Made by a program: the position numbers and the translations under genes | The notes under the pieces: model-generated | What the model saw: the letters and a program-made list of their open reading frames with translations, nothing else | Databases searched by the model: none | Told to the model about the DNA's origin: nothing | Source: a virus | Lineage: Duplodnaviria > Caudoviricetes | Length of the DNA: 44,002 nucleotides | Strand: one strand, 5' to 3' | Virus record (IMG/VR): IMGVR_UViG_3300038365_000077 | Span: 1 to 44,002 of that record | Part shown: positions 1-10,096 of the stretch, one piece after another | Layout of the letters: each line of letters begins with the position of its first letter | Numbering within the stretch: the stretch's first letter is position 1

Positions 1-396
1 GCCTTGACACGCCCCTTCGTGGCGTCTCCCTCGGCGTTCACCCGTGCCGTCTCGGCTGCTGCCCGTTCTCCTTCAGCTGCCACTCTTTCATTCTCTGCCT
101 TGACACGCCCCTTCGTGGCGTCTCCCTCGGCGTTCACCCGTGCCGTCTCGGCTTGCACCCTTTCGCTTTCAGCTTGTGCCCTGACCTCCTCTGCCCCAAT
201 TCTGTCAGCCTCGCTATTTTGTCTTACATTCTCCTTAGAATTTCTTTCGGCTTCATCTTGAACTCTTGTAGCTTCATTCTCAATGCGATTGCCCTCATTG
301 TTTTGCCTTATAATTTCGGCTTGTACCCTTTCATTTTCTGCCTTGACGCGCCCTTTCGTGGCGTCTCCCTCGGCGTTCACCCGTGCCGTCTCGGCT
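1..396. repeat. Three 57-bp coding direct repeats (1-57, 97-153, 340-396)
   Basis: Copies 1 and 2 identical, copy 3 has 2 substitutions; encode AETARVNAEGDATKGRVK. Confidence 0.95.
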
Positions 397-935
397 GATA
401 CTCTTAAACCCTCACTTACTTGTATTTCGCCTTCCAACTCTGAAATAGAATCTCCAGCACCAACAGCCGGTTGTCTTAAATATGCAATAAAATCTTCATA
501 AGTGCCGACATTGCCCAAGTCAAGCCAGATTTGATAAGCATCATCTCCACCATCACCCTTATCTCCTTTAAACCCAAGCAGGACATCCGAAGACGTGTTG
601 ACTGTGTAGACATCATCTGCATCAGCTGTAAATGGCACAATCCTAAACGGCACGACATCCGTTTTACACTTTAAATCTCCGTCAGGTTGCCCAGCATCCG
701 GTAAGGTGTACTCAAAAACAAGCCTGTAATCACCCTTGATTGTTGCAACCTCTTTGGGTATGTTGATTGACAACACATTATCCGTGACGGTAAACAGGTT
801 GTGTTCGATGGTCGCCCCATACACAACAAGTGTCAGCTTCATGTTGGTTGCTGTCGATAAATCCTCGGGTTGCCCTGCTCTTGTTATCGCCCAAACAACA
901 TCAAAATCGTTCCCTTCCCTGATTCTTATCTTCAT
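1..935 (-). CDS. Tail fibre-like/virion coiled-coil protein, 3' partial (absent from ORF track)
   Basis: Manual translation from ATG at 935 (MKIRIREGNDFDVVWAI...KGDKGDGGDDAYQIWL...) is open to the window edge, with E-x-x-R heptad repeats. Confidence 0.8.
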   Translation of the reverse strand, partial: MKIRIREGNDFDVVWAITRAGQPEDLSTATNMKLTLVVYGATIEHNLFTVTDNVLSINIPKEVATIKGDYRLVFEYTLPDAGQPDGDLKCKTDVVPFRIVPFTADADDVYTVNTSSDVLLGFKGDKGDGGDDAYQIWLDLGNVGTYEDFIAYLRQPAVGAGDSISELEGEIQVSEGLRVSAETARVNAEGDATKGRVKAENERVQAEIIRQNNEGNRIENEATRVQDEAERNSKENVRQNSEADRIGAEEVRAQAESERVQAETARVNAEGDATKGRVKAENERVAAEGERAAAETARVNAEGDATKGRVK

Positions 936-956
936 ATCTTTATTTTATTATTGGTT

Positions 957-1445
957 TCACAAATAATATTTTTTATATTTTTCCGGCATGCTGTTTCTCA
1001 GCGCCATTTCGATTTCCTTCACCGTAATATCCAGGTCTTTGTTCAAATCAAACACCTTGTTCTGCTTTGCGACAATGTCGGGCGCGATAACAAAATTCGG
1101 ATTGCCCATTGCCTTTGGATAGAAGACGGCCAGATAAACATCTATCCAGCGTTTCATCCTGCCCCTATACGGCCTTAAATAAGCCAGCACGTAGTCCAAC
1201 TGCTGAACGTTGCTCATGCGCCTCAGAACGTCCGTAGTCGTGCCTAATGAGCGTGCCGTAGATGGCATGAACTGTATCAGTCCGGTTGCACCCGAAATTG
1301 AGTTTACCGCCTGCGGGTTCAGCTTGCTTTCAAACCACATCACGAACATCAGCCAGTTTGCCTCTATTCCCAGCTCATTGGAAATATTATTTACTTTTTC
1401 GGTAAACTCTTCCCTGTTTTCTTTTATGTATTCCTCGAAATTCAT
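957..1445 (-). CDS. Endolysin, lytic transglycosylase (SLT/lysozyme-like)
   Basis: FES catalytic Glu motif and GATGLIQFMPSTA. Confidence 0.85.
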   Translation of the reverse strand: MNFEEYIKENREEFTEKVNNISNELGIEANWLMFVMWFESKLNPQAVNSISGATGLIQFMPSTARSLGTTTDVLRRMSNVQQLDYVLAYLRPYRGRMKRWIDVYLAVFYPKAMGNPNFVIAPDIVAKQNKVFDLNKDLDITVKEIEMALRNSMPEKYKKYYL

Positions 1446-1879
1446 GCTTCTTTCTTATATGTTCCCAATCTCGGTTTTCTCAATTGGCATTCGGAAACAA
1501 AGCAGATGTTGCCTTCTGCAATTTTCCGCTCCTTAATTTCGTTGTCGATTGTCTTCTGCATTCCGCTGATCTTCCTGTCGTTCTCTCCAACCTTGAATTC
1601 GAGAGTTTTCAGCTTCTGATTTGCTTCCTCCAGCGCTGTTTTATACCCGTCAATTAAACCCTGCTGTTGTTCGATCAGCTTGTCCTTTCCCTCGATGATC
1701 TTGTTGAACCTGTCCTGCTGTGATCCTATCAGCTCCATCATCTTGTTCATCGCATCGGTGGAAGAATCCACTACATCCGCTTTAGAGCCAGCCTTGTCTT
1801 CCTTGATCTTGAATAGCCATGATACCCCTCCACCCGTGAGCAGTCCAGCCAGTGCCGAAATAATTACATCCCATCCCAT
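1442..1879 (-). CDS. Holin-like membrane-anchored coiled-coil protein
   Basis: N-terminal hydrophobic helix, long coiled coil, C-terminal CxxxxC; overlaps endolysin start. Confidence 0.55.
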   Translation of the reverse strand: MGWDVIISALAGLLTGGGVSWLFKIKEDKAGSKADVVDSSTDAMNKMMELIGSQQDRFNKIIEGKDKLIEQQQGLIDGYKTALEEANQKLKTLEFKVGENDRKISGMQKTIDNEIKERKIAEGNICFVSECQLRKPRLGTYKKEA

Positions 1880-2064
1880 TATTTGTCGCTTATGTCAAAT
1901 TTAATATTCCTGCTCTTCAGCATCCTTTCTATCTCTCTTACGTCGTCGGTATCTATGTAGTAGACGTTCGATCTTGTCTGTGAAAGCACTTTTTGAAGGT
2001 ATTCGCTCGAATCGAATAAGTCCTGAAACCTCGCCAGACTCCCGAATCTTATGTATAGCTTCAT
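1879..2064 (-). CDS. Hypothetical phage protein
   Basis: 61 aa, overlapping start/stop with both neighbours. Confidence 0.7.
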   Translation of the reverse strand: MKLYIRFGSLARFQDLFDSSEYLQKVLSQTRSNVYYIDTDDVREIERMLKSRNIKFDISDK

Positions 2065-2321
2065 GATAGTACCGCTTTAATGGCGTCGATGAATTTTGGA
2101 AGGGCATATTCCGACACTTTCCTGATTATTTCGCATTCTTTGTCGCTGAATTCCTCCTCTCCTTCCGAATTGTATATCTTATAGGCCAGAGAGTGGCACT
2201 CTATGCCGTTCGTCCGGCTATATATCATATTCGCGAATGAACTTCTAACGTCCACCGTCTCCTTTTCGGTTTTCTCAATGTTGAGAAACATTTCCAGTTT
2301 TGTAAAATCTATTTTCGTCAT
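2061..2321 (-). CDS. Hypothetical phage protein (tail region)
   Basis: 86 aa ORF coupled within the late operon. Confidence 0.75.
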   Translation of the reverse strand: MTKIDFTKLEMFLNIEKTEKETVDVRSSFANMIYSRTNGIECHSLAYKIYNSEGEEEFSDKECEIIRKVSEYALPKFIDAIKAVLS

Positions 2322-2331
2322 AATTATGTGA

Positions 2332-4773
2332 TTATTGTCCGTAGTCTCTGTGCACGTACCAATACCCCGAGTATGTCAAAACCGCCATAGTTCCAGCGTC
2401 TATCGAAAAGTCCTTGTTCTGTTGCGTCCTTATATTGCTGCCCGCGACAGAAGGACGCAACATGAGCGTGTAGCTTGAACTCACATTCACAATTATCAGT
2501 AGCTGCCCGGAGGACGGGGCCGCGCCGCCGGCATTGAGAATTCTGTATATGCCTCCGCCAGATCCGGTGCTTACCGTGAGCAATGATATGTCGCCAATGC
2601 TTACCGACACGTTTGTACCCGGGTTTATGTATAGCGGGGAGGACGCCAATTCAATTCTGCCAAGGGCGTGCAATCTTCTTACATTCGACAGGACCGAAGA
2701 ATTAAAATCTATGTTATTGTTGAACGCGTCCCCCGGCGTCACCGTGATGGCATCTCCGAAAAGATCTGTCCCAATGCCAACGCCGAATGAAGACGACAAT
2801 TTAAGGTACCCATCGGGATCGCAAGTGATCTGACCTGCATAGGTGCCCATGCCAGAATACCACTCGACCTTCTGTGAATTTGAACCGTCGTAGATAAGCA
2901 ACAGTCCGGTATTGTCGAGCCGGCCGACCTGGTCTGAAAAACTTGGCGGCAGATCTATATATCCCCCCTCACTGATTGTCAGGCTTCCTATCTCTCCGCT
3001 TGTTGCGGTTATTTTACCCTTGTATTGTGAATTGCCCGCAGCATCCCAGGTAATGTTTCCCGACGCGAGGCTACCGCTCCCGTCCGAGCCGTCAAGCATG
3101 ATTTTCCCGTCCCCGATATTCAGCAGAGCGCTGACAAGATCAAAGTATGTCTTGCCGTCCTGCGATACGATTCTGTCCGTCGTTATTCTCCCCGGCAGAA
3201 TCTCTGTAAACCCGTAGAGCTGCGCAAATCTTCTTGTAGAGTTGTTCTCCGAATTCAGCAGCCCCAACAGCAGGTGGTAATAGCCGGAAACGCCGTCGAT
3301 CTCGACCGGTGTCTCGCTAAGGATATACTCGCCCGTCTCGGCAGAGGCGCTGCATTTCGCATACAGGTAGTAATACTTATCCGGATCGAGTGATCCGAAG
3401 GCCGACAGAGGAACGTTCCAGAACTTGTACTCGTGTGTCGGAGAGATATCGGTGATCCCCAGCGTGATGTGCTTGATCCACCCGGCATACACGGTCAGCG
3501 TTCCAGACAGGTAGCTAACGGAATGGCTCACCCTGACAGGGTTAGCCTTGCTCTCTACGAAATAGAACTGCAGGCTTTCATCCCCCACGATCAGCTGCAT
3601 CATCTGTGCGGTGATGGGGTTGATGGACTCGGAATATTTCAGCAAGCTGTTTTCGAGTGCCGTCTGTGTCTCCACCACGTCATCGAACAGCGACTCGGCA
3701 TATACCTGTGCCTGTCGCTTCTGCTCCTCTCCAATCGCCTTCCTTGCCGTTTCCTCGGCAGCGATCAGCAGGGACAGCTTGGACAGGTATTCGTCGATCA
3801 GATCAGATACGGCGGAGATCTCGGATGGCGTGAGCGTGCCGGTCGAGATAATCGTATTGATCCCCGAAACGACGTTAGTATAAGCGGTATCGTAGGCCGT
3901 CTTTGCCGAAGCATATGCCGTCTTGTCCGCTCCGACAAGGTATATGTTGTCATAGAATAGTGAATACACGTCATCGGCCCTCGATTTGTCCGCCTCATAA
4001 GTTCTCAGCTTTTCATAGTATCCTGCCACAAGGTTGATCGTGCTTCTCACTTTCTCCTCGTACTGCCTGTACTCCGCTATTCTCGTGTTGTACGCGTCTA
4101 CATAGTACTGTGCCTGGGCCGACTCGGACGGGGTAACTGTACCGTCGGAGATATATGAGTTTATCGCGTTCACGAGCTCGCTATAAGCCGAATCGTACGC
4201 TGTCTTTGAGGACGCATACCCGGCCTTCGTCCCGCCCGTGATGTACTGGTGCCCGTGCAGGTCGGGATATACCGCTTCGATCTGAGCTTTTTCGCGCGCA
4301 TACTTCGCGAGGTCGTCATTAAGAATGTTGACGACTATGAGCGTTTTGGAGATTGGTTCGGCGAAAGCCATGAACGCACCGGACGAGGAGAGATACTCGC
4401 TTTTCCTCATATTAATCCCGTCCACCTCCTCGGTCGTAAGAGTATCATCCGACAGCGCGTTATTGGTGTACGTTATGAACTCCCCGGCTTTCATGTCGAG
4501 AGTATTCTTAAGACTATCAAGTTCCGCCTTGATGATTGCCCCGATTACGGTCGAGTCGTTGATCAAGTTATAGACTCCCGTCAATCTAGCAAGGTCGGTG
4601 TTAACTAACTCGAGGTATGACTTCAACTCGATCACGAGAGGGTTGGCTGGTTCGGGCTGCGGTTTGCCGACCTGCTCACTTAGACTGCTTATTATGCGGT
4701 CATAGTTTTTTTGGGTGTCGGGTACCAGCTTTTTGTTCCTCGGTTTTGCGGGTATGTAAGTCTTCCTGATCAT
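2332..4773 (-). CDS. Tail tip/fibre protein with helical repeats
   Basis: 813 aa; repeats such as AYDSAYSELVNAINSYISDGTVTPSE; Gly-rich beta C-terminus; position after tape measure. Confidence 0.75.
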   Translation of the reverse strand: MIRKTYIPAKPRNKKLVPDTQKNYDRIISSLSEQVGKPQPEPANPLVIELKSYLELVNTDLARLTGVYNLINDSTVIGAIIKAELDSLKNTLDMKAGEFITYTNNALSDDTLTTEEVDGINMRKSEYLSSSGAFMAFAEPISKTLIVVNILNDDLAKYAREKAQIEAVYPDLHGHQYITGGTKAGYASSKTAYDSAYSELVNAINSYISDGTVTPSESAQAQYYVDAYNTRIAEYRQYEEKVRSTINLVAGYYEKLRTYEADKSRADDVYSLFYDNIYLVGADKTAYASAKTAYDTAYTNVVSGINTIISTGTLTPSEISAVSDLIDEYLSKLSLLIAAEETARKAIGEEQKRQAQVYAESLFDDVVETQTALENSLLKYSESINPITAQMMQLIVGDESLQFYFVESKANPVRVSHSVSYLSGTLTVYAGWIKHITLGITDISPTHEYKFWNVPLSAFGSLDPDKYYYLYAKCSASAETGEYILSETPVEIDGVSGYYHLLLGLLNSENNSTRRFAQLYGFTEILPGRITTDRIVSQDGKTYFDLVSALLNIGDGKIMLDGSDGSGSLASGNITWDAAGNSQYKGKITATSGEIGSLTISEGGYIDLPPSFSDQVGRLDNTGLLLIYDGSNSQKVEWYSGMGTYAGQITCDPDGYLKLSSSFGVGIGTDLFGDAITVTPGDAFNNNIDFNSSVLSNVRRLHALGRIELASSPLYINPGTNVSVSIGDISLLTVSTGSGGGIYRILNAGGAAPSSGQLLIIVNVSSSYTLMLRPSVAGSNIRTQQNKDFSIDAGTMAVLTYSGYWYVHRDYGQ

Positions 4774-6803
4774 ATCTCGATAAGATTATAGGTACAGTTC
4801 TCCATCTTCACGTCTTCCTCGCCCCCTGCGACGACAAACGTCTTGTTCAGGTGCGGCTCGACATAGAGGGTATAGGGTTTTGCGTCATTTTTCAGCGTCG
4901 GGTCAATCACGTATCTCGGAGAGTTGTACAAGTCTGTCACCCTCGCAAGCAGTATGTGCTCTGCCATCCCCGCCCCATACACGTCGGTCACGATCCCGCC
5001 GAGAAAATCCTCGTAGCCGTCGGATCCTTGGATTACGGAGCTTAGTGCCAGCTTCCCGTCAGGGTTAGTGCATATCTTAAGATCTATCTCGTCCGCCTCC
5101 TCCACATAGTCCCCCTCTATCACGTTCTCATAGATTATGTCATTTTTGCTGTCCTTGTCGACCCAGTCACTGTATATAGACGTCTCGTCGGGGATGGCGT
5201 AATCAACTCTTATATCCCTGTAATATAGATACTGCGTCCCAAACGTGGTTAGCGGGGATACCGGTGCAGCCTCGATACAATACAGTATCAATTCACATTC
5301 GCCGCGAAGCAGGAATGAAGGCGCTTTGAATACATAGCCAGTCAGATCGCCCAGACCCGTATCGAATGAATTCGTATTCTCAAGCGGCCTATACTGTCCG
5401 TATTTTTTTCCGTCCTTCTCGTAGATAACCTTCATCCCGAATGTCGACGGCGTGGTAGTCCAGGTCGTGCCGTTATAGTAATGTTCACCTACGCGGAACG
5501 CAGCCTTTTGATACGCAAACCCGTCAGATGCATAGGTTTCCTTTCTGTCATCGCTGCGTGTGTACTCATTTGTCTGCCTCTTGAATCTCAGGCTAATGCA
5601 GAAGTGTACATCCTTGTGGACAAGTATCGTTCCTGCCGACTTCATCCTGAGTACCGCCGAATTGTTGTCGAGGTGCATGCCATTAAGGGCGGCCGTCCTG
5701 TCTGTATAAGTCTTGACCTGCAGCTCGTTCAGCATCGACAGGGCCGCGGGCGGTTTTTTTGTCTCGTATTCGGCCGTCTTGACAAAAGAAGATCCTGCGT
5801 TATTCCCAAACACCGGCAGGGAACTTTCCGTTGCGTTGCCGGGATCTCCGCCAGCATAATGGAAAAAAGTAAACCGGGGTTGCACATATTTCCTTACTAC
5901 CCCAGTGTAATCCCCGTCCTGAGATGTGTGCGTTCCGACGATCGTGGAATAAGTGGCTTTCTCGTCGTTGAATTCCGGCAGGATGTTTTTTATCTCATAT
6001 AGCGAACAGTTAATTGTTGCTTTATTTTTTCCGGCTATCCGGCTTAGCTTCGCCCCCGTTCCGCGGTAGTTCGATACGGTTTTAGCGTCGGACAGCGTTA
6101 CGGTTGTTCCGGTCAGCCCGTCCAGTTTCGTATAGCTGTTATGCCCCGCCCTGATGGCGGCATAGTCGAGCAGGTACAGATCCGCGCCATGCGGAGTGAA
6201 GCAGCATCCCAGATACTTTGCAATCTCTTCCAGCACTTCGTAGTAGGTCATCGCTTCGCCCAGCTCGTCGTAGAAGTTCGCGGACGATATCTTGAGATCC
6301 AGATAACTGCCGGTCGATGTTCTTACAGAGTTGGTAAGGTAAGCGAACTCATACCCTGCGTAGACAACCGCCTGGGCGATAATTTCCCTAAACGTCACGA
6401 AATCGTCGGTAAGATCGAATTCCTTGTATTTAAGCGTCGAGAGGGCAGCAACCACCTCCATTTCATAGATGAATTTTGGCGATGAGAAGTCCTGACTGAA
6501 CGTATCGGGAGTAAGATATCCTAACCTCTTAACCAAACCGTTCTCGTACAAGGTAGCTCTTATTCCCTGTGGGCCGCTTGCGTATAAATCCTGTAGATAG
6601 TCTGATCCGAACACCTGAATTGATCCTCTCCATGACCGAATCGGCGCAAGCAGATCAAGCGTATCATCTTTTGGACGAAAAGGAGACTCCCCGGCTTTCA
6701 ATTCCATTGGCTCGCCCGCGAACCCATCCACCTCGAGGTTTACCTCGCACGGCGCCTCGGAAATAGTTTTAAACGGGATTATGTATTTTAGTCCGTAACT
6801 CAT
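4770..6803 (-). CDS. Tail tip/baseplate hub-like protein
   Basis: 677 aa directly downstream of the tape measure gene. Confidence 0.65.
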   Translation of the reverse strand: MSYGLKYIIPFKTISEAPCEVNLEVDGFAGEPMELKAGESPFRPKDDTLDLLAPIRSWRGSIQVFGSDYLQDLYASGPQGIRATLYENGLVKRLGYLTPDTFSQDFSSPKFIYEMEVVAALSTLKYKEFDLTDDFVTFREIIAQAVVYAGYEFAYLTNSVRTSTGSYLDLKISSANFYDELGEAMTYYEVLEEIAKYLGCCFTPHGADLYLLDYAAIRAGHNSYTKLDGLTGTTVTLSDAKTVSNYRGTGAKLSRIAGKNKATINCSLYEIKNILPEFNDEKATYSTIVGTHTSQDGDYTGVVRKYVQPRFTFFHYAGGDPGNATESSLPVFGNNAGSSFVKTAEYETKKPPAALSMLNELQVKTYTDRTAALNGMHLDNNSAVLRMKSAGTILVHKDVHFCISLRFKRQTNEYTRSDDRKETYASDGFAYQKAAFRVGEHYYNGTTWTTTPSTFGMKVIYEKDGKKYGQYRPLENTNSFDTGLGDLTGYVFKAPSFLLRGECELILYCIEAAPVSPLTTFGTQYLYYRDIRVDYAIPDETSIYSDWVDKDSKNDIIYENVIEGDYVEEADEIDLKICTNPDGKLALSSVIQGSDGYEDFLGGIVTDVYGAGMAEHILLARVTDLYNSPRYVIDPTLKNDAKPYTLYVEPHLNKTFVVAGGEEDVKMENCTYNLIEI

Positions 6804-8635
6804 AGTCGGCTGTTTCTTTTCCTTTCCTGCTCAAGTATGCCGACTAGCCGGCTGCCTTCTATCTCAAATCTCACATTGCCGTTCGAACCACTTTGTAGCG
6901 CCCCGGCAAGGTTGTTCTGCTGCGCCCTGTTGAGTATCAGCTCGCCGGAGTTGACCCGGGCGAGCATCTTGTCGCCTGAATAGGAGTTACCCGGGACGAT
7001 CCCGCCAAACTCGAACTTGGGTATGTTCATCAGTGCACCCATGATCGACAGGACGGCACCTGCCGCGAGAACCGGGCCGACGATGGGGATGCCTGCCACC
7101 GCTGCCGCTCCCCCGGACGCCGCCACGGAGGCGTTGGCGTTTGCAAGCCCTATCAATGCCGGCAGGGATCTGCCTACCGTGGAGACGACGTTCGCGCCCC
7201 ATTGCAGCCATTTTCCCGCGCTCTCGCCGAGTACGTCGCCAAGACCGTAGAGTACGTCGGAAACGCCGTACACCGTATCGATAAGATCCCTGTTCTTGTC
7301 GGCTATCTCGCTAAGGTAAGCGGAGTAGGAGCGACCTTCCTCCGGCACCTGGAACGACCCGGACATGTCCGTATGTTTTACGCCCTTCAACGGCGCAAGC
7401 GGATCCGCACTGGTGAGGGTGGATCCTGCCTCTATATTTTTCAGGTCCTTGTACTTGAACTGGATCTCGAGTACTGCCTTTCTGCTCTCCAGGTCTTTTA
7501 TTAGCAGATCCGCCGCGGCTCTCGCCTCGTCGGTCGTTGCATTCAGAAATGATTTTCGAGCGTCCGCGATCTGTTTCTCCAGATCCGCTATCGAGCCGGT
7601 CGGAATAACCTCGACCGCTACCGTCGCGGATCCTCCACCGCCACCCGATTCCTTCTCGATGCGGGACTGCAGTCTCGGAAGCGATCTGTTAAGTTCCAGC
7701 TTGCGGGCGTTGAGTTCCGTCCCGACTTGGTCGTATGTATCGAGTTTCGTTCTTATGTCCTGCAGCTGCTCGTCGGTCATCCGTTCGAGCAGGGTATTCA
7801 TCACGATCGCGTCCTTATATCTCTTCGCTGCTTCCTCCTGCAGCTTGCGTCCCTCGTCCGAGAGTATGCTTTGCGACACGGCACCATAGTTTGTGCCCTG
7901 CGTGATGGTAGTCGTGTTCTCAGCGGCGATACGTTTGAGTTCTTTCTGATACTCGTTATATTGTTCCCGCATTTTCTTTTTCACATCCTCCCGGGCGGAT
8001 CCTTTTGCATCGAGCAGGACGAACCTGTCGAGCATCTCCATCGTAATGTCGCCGGGATTGAGAAGATTGTGTGAGGCCGCAATTTTCTGAGTTGCGTCCA
8101 GCACATCCTTCCGGTAGGTATTCGCGTATTCTTCCAGGTCCGTGACTGCGGTTCTCCACGCACCGATGGCCTTATACCGCTCCTCTTTCGACAGCTCCGG
8201 ATCGTATGCATCCGCACGGGCTTCGGTGATGGACGCCTGCGCCATCTTCGCGGCACGGGAGTAGGAGTTCTGTGTGTTCCACAACTGGTCGAGTGCCGCC
8301 TGCGCCGCGAATGCCTTCTTATAGATCGCGTCCAGACCGTTCGTGAAGACAGAAAAATCGCCGGTGGCCAATGACTTGAAGAATTGATCGACCGTTCCCT
8401 TGGCCGCGCCTATGGAGTTTTGAAATGCGTCCGCCGTGGTCTGACTGTTCTGGATGATCTTGTTCAGCGTCGCACCGGCACCGGCGGCAAGCCCGAGCGC
8501 TCCGGCAAACTTCGTCACCATCCCGGATGCCAAGCTTCCGATCTGGTTAAAATTAGATACCTGCTGCTTACTCTTTGTAAGTGTATCGTTGAACTGCTTG
8601 TCGTTCAGTATTATCCGGGTAACTAAGTCTGCCAT
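6800..8635 (-). CDS. Tail tape measure protein
   Basis: Ala/Gly-rich helical protein, C-terminal FEFGGIVPG...ARVNSGELILN motif, follows the tail chaperones. Confidence 0.85.
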   Translation of the reverse strand: MADLVTRIILNDKQFNDTLTKSKQQVSNFNQIGSLASGMVTKFAGALGLAAGAGATLNKIIQNSQTTADAFQNSIGAAKGTVDQFFKSLATGDFSVFTNGLDAIYKKAFAAQAALDQLWNTQNSYSRAAKMAQASITEARADAYDPELSKEERYKAIGAWRTAVTDLEEYANTYRKDVLDATQKIAASHNLLNPGDITMEMLDRFVLLDAKGSAREDVKKKMREQYNEYQKELKRIAAENTTTITQGTNYGAVSQSILSDEGRKLQEEAAKRYKDAIVMNTLLERMTDEQLQDIRTKLDTYDQVGTELNARKLELNRSLPRLQSRIEKESGGGGGSATVAVEVIPTGSIADLEKQIADARKSFLNATTDEARAAADLLIKDLESRKAVLEIQFKYKDLKNIEAGSTLTSADPLAPLKGVKHTDMSGSFQVPEEGRSYSAYLSEIADKNRDLIDTVYGVSDVLYGLGDVLGESAGKWLQWGANVVSTVGRSLPALIGLANANASVAASGGAAAVAGIPIVGPVLAAGAVLSIMGALMNIPKFEFGGIVPGNSYSGDKMLARVNSGELILNRAQQNNLAGALQSGSNGNVRFEIEGSRLVGILEQERKRNSRL

Positions 8636-8868
8636 AATTGTCTTTTAATCGCTTCCGCTCTTTTCGCCAATTCTTCTCTTTCTTCATCCGTCACAACCGC
8701 GACCGGTTTATCATCGTCCCAGGGAAATTTAACGATGTCAGTAGATTTTATCGTCTTTTTCGAGTTGACCTGTGCGATGACCTGCGCGATCATCCTCGCC
8801 ATGTCCTTATTGTCCCTGTCGCGGTATTGGATAGACCCCAGTATCTCCGTTGCCTCGTAGGTTTTCAT
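8623..8868 (-). CDS. Tail assembly chaperone, C-terminal (-1 frameshift) segment
   Basis: -1 frame is open from the slippery A9G into this ORF (AVGWREVFRILVVESGIDPGYVLDK-MKTYE). Confidence 0.75.
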   Translation of the reverse strand: MKTYEATEILGSIQYRDRDNKDMARMIAQVIAQVNSKKTIKSTDIVKFPWDDDKPVAVVTDEEREELAKRAEAIKRQLWQT

Positions 8869-8936
8869 TTTATCGAGGACGTAACCGGGGTCTATTCCGC
8901 TTTCAACAACAAGAATCCGAAAAACTTCCCGCCAGC

Positions 8937-9233
8937 CTACCGCTTTTTTTTTACGTCGTCACCGGTCGCCTCCGCGAGCTGGTTTTCCACATCCATCTGC
9001 TTTGTCGCCCAGCGTATCGCATCGTTCAGGTCGGGTATCGCCACACCGTCGATGAAGTCGTCCAGCTCGACTCCGCAGTCCGGCGATCCGGCCAGCAGCA
9101 TCGCATAGACGAAGATCGTCCAGTCCGTCGTGCCCTGCAGGGAGAAGGACTTGTCCGCCATCTTCTCGAAGAGTATGAGCGCACGAATGCCGTAACACAA
9201 CTGATAGCTCTTGTCTCCTAATTTCAGTTCCAT
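8937..9233 (-). CDS. Tail assembly chaperone (lambda gpG-like)
   Basis: Between tail tube and tape measure; ends in slippery GTA AAA AAA AAG. Confidence 0.8.
   Translation of the reverse strand: MELKLGDKSYQLCYGIRALILFEKMADKSFSLQGTTDWTIFVYAMLLAGSPDCGVELDDFIDGVAIPDLNDAIRWATKQMDVENQLAEATGDDVKKKR
8943..8952 (-). other. Programmed -1 frameshift slippery site
   Basis: A AAA AAA AAG just before the chaperone stop; fuses the two ORFs. Confidence 0.8.
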
Positions 9234-9234
9234 A

Positions 9235-9696
9235 TCAAGTGGTTGCTACTGCGGGGGTTAATTTTCCTTTTCCCTTCAGGGAGATACTCATCGTAGCGTT
9301 CTGTCCGTCAGCCGAGTTGAGGGTTACTCCGGTAATTGTAGCCTTGCCCTTGTAGCCTCCGGCCGTTGGGGGAAGCCATCCGCCTACCGGCATCTCACCG
9401 TTCGTGATGTTCGAAGGGATGGCCAGATACACGTCGATAGGTTCCGCCGCCATCCATGCGGCCACCAGCTTGCCGTGAGGATCCTCGACACCTATGCCTC
9501 CAACGAAGTGTTCACTCGTTGCATTCCACAGTAATTTTGTAACCTCCGAATCGTCCCAGAGCCCGGAGTCCTTGTTGCTCGTCCCCTGCGTTTCGGCTTG
9601 CAGGTCGAGGGCGTGGTTCGTCGCATACGCAACAGTCTCCAGCCCGGCGCCGCCGAGGTCGAAGAACAACATGATGTCTTTACCGTTAATAATCAT
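9235..9696 (-). CDS. Major tail tube protein
   Basis: TSNKDSGLW and terminal SISLKGKGKL motifs; position. Confidence 0.85.
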   Translation of the reverse strand: MIINGKDIMLFFDLGGAGLETVAYATNHALDLQAETQGTSNKDSGLWDDSEVTKLLWNATSEHFVGGIGVEDPHGKLVAAWMAAEPIDVYLAIPSNITNGEMPVGGWLPPTAGGYKGKATITGVTLNSADGQNATMSISLKGKGKLTPAVATT

Positions 9697-9703
9697 AGTT
9701 TTA

Positions 9704-10096
9704 TCAGTTTAATACGTTTATAAGAATTTCAAATGTAAGTTGCTGCACAAAGTAATTTTCGTCCGCGTCCTCGAGACTGTCCGACAGCCTGATATCGTCA
9801 ATGTTCACCCCCGCGATCAATCCTCTTTTGCGCTCCACCGCGTTAATCACCGCCGTGTATATCTGCGTTGTCTTGCTGTAGCTCTCGCTTACGATCAGCA
9901 CGTCAACAAAGATGGAGTCCTTCCCCCTGCTGTCCTTTTGATACGAAGGGAGAAGTCCTGTCCTGCGGTAGACGATGAAAGGCCCCGGTACGTCCGCCTG
10001 CACTACTACCGGGAAGATCTTGTCTTCCACCAGCCCGGTCACCGCCTCACTGGCAAGCAACAGGGTGCTTATAGCCGCTCCTGCCCGTTCCGTCAT
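9704..10096 (-). CDS. Tail terminator/completion protein (DUF3168-like)
   Basis: KIFPVV...PFIVYRR; synteny. Confidence 0.7.
   Translation of the reverse strand: MTERAGAAISTLLLASEAVTGLVEDKIFPVVVQADVPGPFIVYRRTGLLPSYQKDSRGKDSIFVDVLIVSESYSKTTQIYTAVINAVERKRGLIAGVNIDDIRLSDSLEDADENYFVQQLTFEILINVLN

Noticed and set aside
1-396. Repeats as CRISPR array or DGR VR/TR
   Set aside because: 57-bp in-frame coding repeats with unequal gaps (39 and 186 bp); only two synonymous differences; no cas or RT gene in the window
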